A stretch of DNA of 64,000 bases from contig BROI01000001.1 in assembly GCA_027923505.1 (NCBI GenBank), positions 1,054,001 to 1,118,000 on the forward strand, read 5' to 3'. Below, one piece after another: positions 54,686-64,000 of this stretch. The stretch's first letter is position 1, and every line of letters begins with the position of its first letter. The notes beneath the pieces are model-generated. The model made no database searches. It had not been told where the DNA came from and saw only the letters and a program-made list of their open reading frames with translations. The position numbers were made by a program, and so were the translations under genes. Origin of the DNA: Mayamaea pseudoterrestris (Eukaryota).

Positions 54686-57600
54686 CTAGCGTCGCACAGC
54701 CTTGACAATGAGACCCCCGGCTGCGCAAGTTCCAATCCTTGCATGGTTCCCATCAAACAAGCAGACGCTTCGGTACCCCTCACGCACCGAGCCAGCTGGA
54801 AATGCTGCAGCTCCAAGAAATTGCTCCAAGCCGTCGTCAGTAAAATGCCAGATAGAAAAGGCAAGCATCGAAATAGATGGCGTCGGGATTGTAAAAGAAA
54901 ACTTGTTGTGTGATGTCCATGATGGGTTCAGACCATTGTGCATTGCAGGCTTTGTTCGGTAAGAAATGCGCATTTCTTTTGTCGAGCCCGAGTACATTGA
55001 CACCTTCACCATGGGATTGACAGCAGCAGACTTTCCATCCAACTTCGGTAGATTGTACCCTCCTAGGACAGTAAATGTCCATTTTTGCTCATGGTCAGCG
55101 TGTGAATCGCTTTCGGTAAGGTGAGAAGGTTTCAACGCATATCCACAGGAGCCATTTTGTCGAAAGCGTCCTTCGGCGATGAGAAGGTTCTCGTCGGTGG
55201 AGTGAAAGTTCGTCGAAACAAGCTGACATCCCAATGCCCAAGCAAACACTGAATCATAATTACTGCAAGGTTTTCTGTGAATTTCGCGCCAAGATGGAAA
55301 GACGCGAAACAGATGCGTCATGGTAAATGTCAGCACATTTCTCCGCTCTTCCTCGGGTTCCCGATCAACTCGCAACAAAAGTGTATTGTGCGACAGGGAG
55401 TGCAAATACGCGCCACTCAGACGAGAACTATTCTTCCACCCTCGATACTTTGTGGAGTGAAAATATGTGACACGAGCTAGATCCACTGGTACCTCAGTTG
55501 TGTCTTCCATGAGATGTTTGTATCTGAGGGCTTCATCGGCTGCGCGTCGTTCGAGTTCTGCTCTGGAAATGGCAACAGCTAAAGCTTGCACAGCCCGTTC
55601 TGCCTTCTGTCGTGCAATCACTGCCTGATTAAACGCAATGACTGCTTCCTGTTGGTAGACATGCTCAATTTTCTTCCGGTCCGTTTCGGATGCGACGTTT
55701 ACTTTTGCTGATTCGTAAACGTCGGCGCTTATTTCAAGACGTCGTTTGTCTTCCAGCATGTCGTGGTCTTTGGCTTCGCGCTCATCTTTTGCGCGGTCGA
55801 AATCTGTTTGAGCCGTTTTTCTGTTGTGATCCGCTTGCTCGAGTGCGCGAATAAAACACGAATGATCCTTAACCTTTTCAACTTCCTTTTCAAGATGTTC
55901 AGCTCGTTTTTTGCTCTTGGAAGCGATCGTAGCCGCATCAATTGCTGCTCTTTCGGCTTCCGCCAGCTGCGCTTCGAAACTATGCAGATAAGACCCCCGA
56001 TTTTCGACTGTCGCCTCGGCTCGCTGTCGAGCAATGTGTCGCAAGTTTGCTGCTTCACGTTCCTCGGCAGCATCCTCTGCTAGTTCTTCCGCCACGTGAG
56101 AGCTTCGATCTGCTGATTTACGAGTTTGAGCTGCTACTTCAGCTTGGATTTTCCAAAGGTAGGCTTTCTCCTCAAAGGCTTGCTGTAGGCGATTACGCCT
56201 CACTTGGGCAACTGAACTTTCCTGCATGGCTTCATTAATGAGCATTTGACACTTGTCGCGTTCCTCCAACTTCGTCGCATGCTTCTCCGTAAATGAACCC
56301 TTTTCAGGGCTTTGCAGTTTGTTTTGGGCTTCTTGAAGTTCCTTTCGAAACTGACTACTCCTTTCTATAAGCTGGATCTGTTCATTCAAGCGCTCCAGCA
56401 TTGATGACGCCTTTTCAACTCGGTCACGGCAGATTTTCGCCGATTCGGTGGCTTTCATGCACTCATGATGCAGATCATTTACTTCCTGCTCTAGATTCTC
56501 CTCCTTCTTTGTCTCTGTTTCTGCTCGTATGCGGTCATGTTCCGCGGCGGCAGCGGCCCTCTTTGACTTAGCTTCTGCATCGGCAGCGCGTTTTTCGCTA
56601 ATCTTTGCCTCGGTCAAAGCTGTTTGCACAACGTTACCAGCGCTTGATGACTGATCTTTGCTGTTTCCAAAAAGCTCCCGGACCTTTTCAAGTCGAGCTT
56701 TTGCACTCACGGCGTGTTCATGATGCGTTCGCGCTTCGGCAGCAGCGCGTCGAGCGTTTTCGATCATCAATTTTTCCTGTGCCTGTGACATGTCCAAGTT
56801 GGCTTTCGCCATTCTGTATGCTTCCTCCATGTCACGCAAAATCACATGACACTGCGCCTCATGGCCTGCTGCTTCTATCGCACGGTTGGCCGCCTCTTCA
56901 TAGTTCGAGCGACTGGCATTGACGAATTCGGGAAGTATTTCGTAAATTTCAAGACCTTCATCTTTGTTGCTTTTCTCTTCATTTACCATCATTTCATTAA
57001 CAGCTTCAGGAGTCGAGGAGCAAGTACTCGTTGTCATATCCGCTCGGCGTTGCAATTCAGCTTCAGACATGCCTGAGGCTTGTATTAACCCGTTGGCTCG
57101 TTTCTCCAATTCTTCGGCTTGAATAAGAAGCTCCTTCGCCCGGACATCAGCATCATGAGCTTCTCTGGCGGCCTGCGCGGCATTACTATCAGCAACAGCG
57201 AAGAGTTCTAAGGCTGATGGTGCGATTTCATCCGGGTCGTCGGATCTGATAGGTCCCAACTCATTAAAGCCAACGATAACTCGAGGATCGTCATCCTCGT
57301 CGACAACATCGGGTGCTTCGTCAGAGTGACGAAGCTGTTCAATATCAGTGTCAAAGTCGTCTTGCCGGATAGTTCGACCGGGACCAATAATCTTGGGCCG
57401 TTTGCCTATAATCAACACTTTACCTCGAATTGATTCTGGACTGGGCAGTATGTGGTCCACGTCGTCTAGCTGAGCATTCGATTCAACAATCAAATCGGCA
57501 GAGCCCAAATACTTTTGCAGTAGCGTTGCTATTCGCACCTGAACAAGATATGAGCAGTGATTTTCAATCTTAAGAATGACTGGGAAGGTGTATGGTTGTT

Positions 57601-59588
57601 GATCAAGAAATGTGCGAACGGAGCGGATGGCACTTTCGAACAAAGTGACCGCATCAGATGGAGTTCTTGGTGCGTATCGACTTAGCACTGGTTCTTTACC
57701 ATCCCAGCTGTCCCAGACATCAAATTCTAGGCATCGCACTCCTCGCAGCAAGGCAGCCATGTACGTTTGCTCGTCGGTTAAAACATGACCAGCTCTTCCT
57801 TTTTGTTGATAGGCGTTCTTTCCATGAATGCTCGACGCAATCGGAGCCAGGTATGTGTCATGGCTGGTGTTTATCCAATAGTGACACAGTGGTCGTGTCA
57901 TGTCGTCCGACGCGATTCTTCCGCGCGCTGGGTGTAGCAAATCGTTGGCGTCGGCCATGAGAAAGGCAAAGAACCGATCTTTAGACAAGCGATCTGGCTG
58001 TTGCTGGTGATCCGGCTTTCCCATTAAATCATCAGGCACCATCATTTGTTCCAGTATTTGAATTAATTCAATAGCCTCCTCCAAACTAGTTGAGTATTCC
58101 TTTTGTTGCGACCGAAGAAATTGTAAGAATGCGACGGCCGATATAGAGTCCGTCTTGTTCTGAATGTTAACCTCAACGGTGGACTCGTCACTGTCATTCT
58201 GCCAGCCCACAGGCGGGACTGAAGATAGATTGAGTATGAAAGAAGAGTGTGTGAGATTTGGCGACCATATAGAAAGTGCAATACGCGCAAATCAGCACGT
58301 CACAACATCGTACCTGGATCAGTCGCCACCAGCTCCGTCCAAAGACGCTCCCACGGATTCGCCTCTGGCGGCACGGACCGGGCTCGAACTACTTGCAAAA
58401 GGTTTGCCACCGCGGCATAACTAAGGTAAACGTCATCGGAACGACGCTGCTGCTTGCTGTGTTTGGCGCACTCTTGCTGAAACAGCGAAATACACTCGGA
58501 TCGCGACAACGGCGCTTGCATTCTTTCGCAAACATTGACAAAATCGGACATATTCAAATCAGAGTGCCATCCCTTGTTCATATCGACCAAATGTGCATTC
58601 AATGCAAGCAAGTGCGTCGAGTATCGCTGGCGCTCCTCCGCCTGTAGCACCACCAAGCTTTCCAAAACGGTCATTAACACTTCAAAATCGGCGGCATGTG
58701 GAACGACAATATCCAACGTTTCCAAGCATGACGACGATGACGTTGAGGAGAGTGACATGTCATTCAATTGATTACTCAAGGCCAATCCTCCACTATGCAA
58801 CCCAACACTGTGTGAATTGCTGTCATTCGACGTTTTGTAGTAAACAATACTCAAGCAGGAAACATCGCCATCTTGATCCAGTAGCTCCAAAACAGCTTGT
58901 CCATCCTTTTCCAACATGGCTTCCTTTCTAGCCAAGTGGAAGCGACGCGAGTGACATCCCTTTTGGATCCGATCAATGGTGGCAATGGCAATGATTTTAA
59001 TGTTTTGCGTGCTGCGATAGCGATCCAATTCAGCCGTGGTGGTGTAGAGAGTTGCTGCCGCATCAGATGAATGCAAGTGTTGCTGTGAATTGCTGTTTAC
59101 CGAAACATCCAGACTAATATTTGCATCAATATTTTTGTTCTTCTTGTTGGGTGTGGCCGTTCGCTTGATTGTCGAGATGAATCCCTTGAGCATGCGGCTT
59201 GGCGTGTGCTTGTATCGATTGGTGGTGACCAAAAGGTGTCGGTGATCCGGCGTGAAAGCGAGTCGACGTGTCTGGAGTTTGCCGGTCTGGTGATTGAATG
59301 TGAGGAGAACAGTTCAGCAGTAGTAGAGGTGAGTCAAGGCAGGGAAGTGATCGGCTAACGACAAACCTTCACCCTCTCTTCTTTGTCGCAACTCACCTTG
59401 GATACCTTCAACACTGGAAGTCCATACTCTTGCTTGCCGTTGCTACTGCTCGACGACGACGAAGACGTTGGTGGCGGCTGAATCAAGGATTCTGGAAGGT
59501 TGTAGTGGCCGATGGTTCGCTTAGTTGATGTGCTTTTAGGAGGCAGTGGCTGGAGAGCCCTTTGGCCCGTCCAACTTGAAGTTATCAT
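54686..59588 (-). CDS. PLC: Phosphoinositide phospholipase C-like protein (PH, EF-hand, X, long coiled coil, Y, C2), about 1565 aa; 3 exons (59588-59397, 59286-58314, 58218-54686)
   Basis: Spliced PH start GLPVLKVSK|TGKLQTRRL; X box DMTRPLCHYWINTSHDTYL, GVRCLEFDVWD, ENHCS; Y box GCQLVSTNF..GRFRQNGSCGYALKP; C2 NGLNPSW, REGYRSVCL. Confidence 0.9.
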
Positions 59589-60105
59589 GGTAGTAATGAA
59601 CAACAAATCTTGATCCTGTATAATCGTTAACCAGTTTGTCGCTGTATTGTGGATCAAATGCTAAGAATGATGCCATGAAAAACGACGCCAAATTGTCCAT
59701 TGTCCATGGCATGCCCGATCGCGAACAGCTTTTGTGTGTCGCATCGTTGTAAGCTAACTTTTTCGACGATTACTTAGGGAAGAAACGACTTTAAGGTCGC
59801 GCAAGCCAGGTCGCCTACTTAGACCTCATTCGCAAACAACGCGTCGGGCGAGCACCTCACATTTTGAAGCTGCGGTCGTGGCGACGAAACGACCATGGTC
59901 AATGGCGTTTCACATATTCTGTGGCAAGGCAATCATCGATAATACATTGACAAGAAGTGTAACAATATTAATACTGGCAACTAGTCTATAGAAGGCTAGA
60001 AGACAACAACGAAGATCATCTGGCAGAAAGTGTGGTAAGCGAATCAAAACCCTTCCGGCAAACCATCGTTTCCGTCACTGCAGTCGGCAATCCCAAGCAA
60101 GCAAC

Positions 60106-61302
60106 ATGAAGTTAAAAACCATTCAGTGGCTCCAATGCCTATCGCTTCTGATCTTTCATACAGCTACAGCTAGCCAAGGGATCCGCGGTAATTACGACCG
60201 AATGCTCTCTCCTGGTGAAGCAGTCAAGGAAGCCTTCCAAAATGCAATGTCTACGTCAACCACAATCAACACGACAGCAGCAACACCGACTGATTCATTA
60301 GCGACATTTTCAATCTACAACAGCAACGAGAACCAAACCATTGAAGAATCTATCATGTTTGACAAGATTTTTGGCGGAGTCGACGCACAGCCACTTGAAG
60401 CTCCATACTTTGTCATGATGCTATATTGGAACAATGTGACGCTGAAGTACGAGTTTGACGGCTGCGGCGGTTCACTCGTCAGTGATCGACATGTACTGAC
60501 AGCGGGACATTGCGGCAAGAATCGAGATCCAAAACTGCATCTTGCCTACGTGCAGGCGCATGCGCCTTTTGCAGGCAATCCAGGCGTGCCGTCGCATATT
60601 TCAAAGATTGTCAGTTACACGATCCATCCAGACTTTGACGACGTTACCAACGCCAATGATCTTTCCATTGTCACACTCGATAAACCTGTCAATGTTAGCT
60701 CGTTCAAAATGATTCGACTCGCCGGACCGTACCTGAATCTTTGGGAAAGCGAAATGGTTCAGGTGTATGGCTTTGGTTGGACGAATGACGTGACACGAAC
60801 TTTGGATCCGACCTTGCAAACGGTCCAGTTGCCGTACATTCCCTATGAAAAGTGTCAAGCTTACTACGGCTCGCATGTTCAGCCAGATATGATATGTGCC
60901 GGCTACAAGGAAGGCGGCCATGATGCATGCAACGGGGACAGTGGCGGACCCATGATTGTGCGCAAGGGCGACCAAATTTTTCAAGTTGGTGTCGTTTCGT
61001 GGGGCAAAGGATGCGGTCAGCCAAACCAGCCTGGTGTTTACATTTCGGTGCAATTTCATTTTAATTGGATACAAAAGACAATCTGCAGCAGTCTGCCAGC
61101 TACTGTTTCAGCCCCAACAATTTGTGCGAAATACAATTTAAAGGCAATCACTGGCGGAGCGTCGAGTCTGGCAACTGGCAGCTGCACGAAGAGTAAGCTT
61201 GGGGAACACTGCCATATAAGTAAGCAATGCTGCAGCGGTGTCTGTGAACGGCGGTATGGAAAGTGGTGGAGGGGTGTATGTGTCAAAGGCGCGTCGTTGT
61301 AA
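60106..61302 (+). CDS. Secreted trypsin-like serine protease (S1) with C-terminal 6-Cys knottin-like module
   Basis: Signal peptide, RML, K|IFGG activation site, TAGHC, NDLSI, DACNGDSGGP, GVVSWG. Confidence 0.95.
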   Translation: MKLKTIQWLQCLSLLIFHTATASQGIRGNYDRMLSPGEAVKEAFQNAMSTSTTINTTAATPTDSLATFSIYNSNENQTIEESIMFDKIFGGVDAQPLEAPYFVMMLYWNNVTLKYEFDGCGGSLVSDRHVLTAGHCGKNRDPKLHLAYVQAHAPFAGNPGVPSHISKIVSYTIHPDFDDVTNANDLSIVTLDKPVNVSSFKMIRLAGPYLNLWESEMVQVYGFGWTNDVTRTLDPTLQTVQLPYIPYEKCQAYYGSHVQPDMICAGYKEGGHDACNGDSGGPMIVRKGDQIFQVGVVSWGKGCGQPNQPGVYISVQFHFNWIQKTICSSLPATVSAPTICAKYNLKAITGGASSLATGSCTKSKLGEHCHISKQCCSGVCERRYGKWWRGVCVKGASL

Positions 61303-61535
61303 TTGCTAGCTTGGTCACTTTCGGCATCAGATAATGGACGCCTTCGATAGCACGACTATCATGATTGACCATGTGAGCTTCATCAAATAAAAATAGAATA
61401 CGACGTATAGAATTAGAAGATAATTGTATTATTGATATTAGCGCAAGAACATTATTTCGATTAGCAAATTCACCCGAACGCAGACTAGTATCCGTATAGG
61501 CACAGCATGCAACGATAACGAAGTGACCGCCCTCT

Positions 61536-63338
61536 CTATTCCCCATCAACATTGTTAACAGGCTTCATCTCGTCAGCCTTGCGCTTGTTACCAGTCGCGG
61601 CTCGCTTCGGGCCCCAGTGCGCCTGCGGATTCATGGGGAACCGAGCCACACTTCTAGCCGGACCTAGACCGCCCCGCGGCATTGTAAAATCAACTTTTAT
61701 ACTAGGCTCGGCAGACTGTATGTTCGCAGCAAAGCTCCCTTCCTCTGGTTGCTTCTTTGGCGGATGGAGCTTGGCCCATGCTCGCAAGATATCAAAAATT
61801 ACATGGTTGGGAGCAGTCGTCTTGATGGCTTGGGGTTCTTTATGGTATCCAGAAACGGTGTATCCGGCGTTAATAATCGCAGCCTTCATGGCTGATAGTG
61901 GACAGGCTTCAAGCTTGGCGGCCTTGGTCAGCTCTGATAGTTTATAGTAAAGAGGTGCATCGGGAAGCTCCTCCCGACACGACTCGAGCAAACCTCGCAA
62001 CCGCTCCTTGGTTGCAATCAAGCTCATGGATGGCACACTATCGGCTTGCTCCAAGCGCTTTAATGCTTCCTCAACAATTTGCACGTCATGCATTGGTCCC
62101 AGCCAAAGCGGTCCACCAATCTTTAGTGATTCCTTATCATTCATATCCATTATCTGGTCCTTACTCATCCGTCCAGCCTGATAGACATTGCTGTTGCGTC
62201 CGCCCAGCTGCCCTGCTGCTACTACATGAAAGACTGGACTATGCGTCGACTGGAAAACGTTCCCAGTATGCAGCGACAATCGACTGACGCCGGCCTTGTT
62301 CTCATTAATTTCCACAAAGACACGAACATAAAATGCCATGCCCACGCTCAAGACTGGATGCATAGTTCTTCCATATCGAGAGGCACTACTAGCAATTGCA
62401 TGCAGCAAAATGCGAATGGCTACTTCCTGCAAGTATCCAGCGCGTTGAATGGGAATACTAGCATACCTGCCAAAGCACGTTTCTGGATGCGCGCCACCCA
62501 GTGCCGCCATGTCAGTGCAAGTAATGCACAGTAGACCGCCATTGGCAATGCCTTGGACTGCCGCATCTAGAAATGGAGCAGCTGAACCGTATGGGTCTAG
62601 ATCAATGACATCCCATTGTGGTTGTAGCTGGTAGCTTGACGTGGTTGTTGTGTTAGAGTTCTTGTTGCTGGCTGTTGCTTCCTTGCTCGCTGGCGGAGGC
62701 ACGGGAGGCTTGCGACTGGCGTACATTTCCATGAGTGCATCACCAGTTTGAATGTGAATGCCATGAGGTCGTTCATAGCTACTCGAGTTGCCATTGCTTT
62801 GAATTGGAGCATCAGGAGCAGATGCATTCGCCAGACTATCTTGTAGATTGTTTTGTCTTACATTTTCCATGGCTCGATCCATGGCCGCCGGATCAATATC
62901 GTTAATAGCAACATGTTTGACATTTGGAATTTCCTTCCAGTATCTAAGTGAGCGCAATCCTGACGCTGCCAAAGCATCAAGAATGCAGAGTCCATGTTTG
63001 GAAGCATCCAGTGACGAAACAAGTGCTGTCGGGTCAATCGTTTTACGATATTCCTCCACTTGCTCCTTGATGGAAGATTCAGAATCGTGGTTTAACTTGT
63101 CTCGTCGCTCCTGCTTCAGTTGCTTCTCCTTTTCTTTCAAAGCAATTCTAAGAGCTCTTCGCTCGCCAGCCAATGTAATCATGAGAATGGAAAGGTCGCG
63201 ATTCTGAACTTGCACTGGATTGTAAAAGACTTTTGTCGCGTCTCCAGCTGGAAAAGTCATACTAATCGATCCTTCCGTGATTGTCGTCGTCGTTGGTTGC
63301 TTTGTATCATCCTTGGTTGAGTCGGGCATGATAGTCAT
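61536..63338 (-). CDS. TRM1: tRNA (guanine26-N2)-dimethyltransferase
   Basis: VFYNPVQVQNRDLS, ILDALAASGLRSLRY, DVIDLDPYGS, GGLLCITCTDMA, GGPLWLGPMHD, RFPMNPQAHWGPK. Start at 63338 or 63329. Confidence 0.96.
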   Translation of the reverse strand: MTIMPDSTKDDTKQPTTTTITEGSISMTFPAGDATKVFYNPVQVQNRDLSILMITLAGERRALRIALKEKEKQLKQERRDKLNHDSESSIKEQVEEYRKTIDPTALVSSLDASKHGLCILDALAASGLRSLRYWKEIPNVKHVAINDIDPAAMDRAMENVRQNNLQDSLANASAPDAPIQSNGNSSSYERPHGIHIQTGDALMEMYASRKPPVPPPASKEATASNKNSNTTTTSSYQLQPQWDVIDLDPYGSAAPFLDAAVQGIANGGLLCITCTDMAALGGAHPETCFGRYASIPIQRAGYLQEVAIRILLHAIASSASRYGRTMHPVLSVGMAFYVRVFVEINENKAGVSRLSLHTGNVFQSTHSPVFHVVAAGQLGGRNSNVYQAGRMSKDQIMDMNDKESLKIGGPLWLGPMHDVQIVEEALKRLEQADSVPSMSLIATKERLRGLLESCREELPDAPLYYKLSELTKAAKLEACPLSAMKAAIINAGYTVSGYHKEPQAIKTTAPNHVIFDILRAWAKLHPPKKQPEEGSFAANIQSAEPSIKVDFTMPRGGLGPARSVARFPMNPQAHWGPKRAATGNKRKADEMKPVNNVDGE

Positions 63339-64000
63339 GAGACGACAAAATATAGCGCGGCACACTTGCAACGAGGAGACCGAGGGAAAAAATGTCGCCT
63401 GATGATTCGCCAAGCCACAAAAGTGAGAAAGTCGGACAACAGAGACACGCCGTGTCAATCGAGGGATTATTAGTATATGTGACACTATCTTGAAAAAAGG
63501 CAGCAAGCAGGGTGGAGGAGGGACCTATTGCTTGTCAACAAGTGGATCAAAATCTGGAAGGATCGAGTGGCCGACGCCGCCGCGCCGAGTGAATCGCGCT
63601 ACGACTTGAATCGATTACCGCTACGACTAAAGACGAAATTCGATTTGACGAATTTGATGCATGCAATTGAGACTGTGAGAATGGACAACTTGCTGCTCCG
63701 TCAACATCATCCATCAAATCTTGCGCCAAACATTCCCGATGCCGAAAACTCAGGATTAAGCAAGTTGGCAGGATCGCTGTACGCTGTACTCTACATTTGA
63801 CAATTCCAAGTGCAAGGGCGAATGGCGATGCTCACTCCGATGCCATGCCATATGCCATGCCATTTTGGAATTTGTTGAGCCACTGGGAGTAGCTGTAGTT
63901 ACTGAATGCACTCCTTTAGGCATGGTGATATTATCCAAGAGTCCAAAAGACGAGAGCAGTCACCATGACAGATGACAGACTGTGACGCTAGCAGATTTCA

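Noticed and set aside
59355..59657. Independent 100-aa gene
   Set aside because: Better explained as exon 1 of the PLC gene, since splicing completes the PH domain in frame.
63840..63863. ATGCC short tandem repeat
   Set aside because: Too short and low in complexity to interpret.
1..64000. tRNA, rRNA and snRNA genes, and the many antisense or nested short ORFs
   Set aside because: No RNA gene was recognisable by eye (an Rfam/tRNAscan search is needed to exclude them); the nested ORFs are shadows of the real genes.

Overview
This is gene-dense eukaryotic nuclear DNA, most likely from a diatom. The evidence is short GT-AG introns, bipartite signal peptides with ASAFAP-like plastid-targeting motifs, RXL motifs, and HA-domain and RNI-like LRR families. 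About 27 protein genes are supported. Recognisable ones include SQD2, a 5-exon ferric reductase, a TSET/TPLATE TWD40-2-like coat protein, RNase Z, a GT8, RagA/B, plastid Mfd, a mitochondrial-carrier-family protein, SmB, an NCoR-like SANT protein, MOSC, GPN3, an FtsJ/RlmM-like methyltransferase, PRXL2, PI-PLC, trypsin and TRM1. The most unusual items are: (1) a ~1.07-kb TA-flanked element with 46-bp perfect terminal inverted repeats, containing two ~80-bp hairpin modules with conserved arms and a different central 16-17 nt; (2) three clustered disordered proteins related only through short conserved motifs; (3) a PI-PLC with altered catalytic residues and a ~550-aa coiled coil in its X-Y linker; (4) a decayed ferric-reductase paralog exon; (5) a 105-bp duplicate of a gene's 3' end; and (6) a frameshifted 2H cyclic phosphodiesterase. 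All calls come from reading motifs by eye; no database searches were run.
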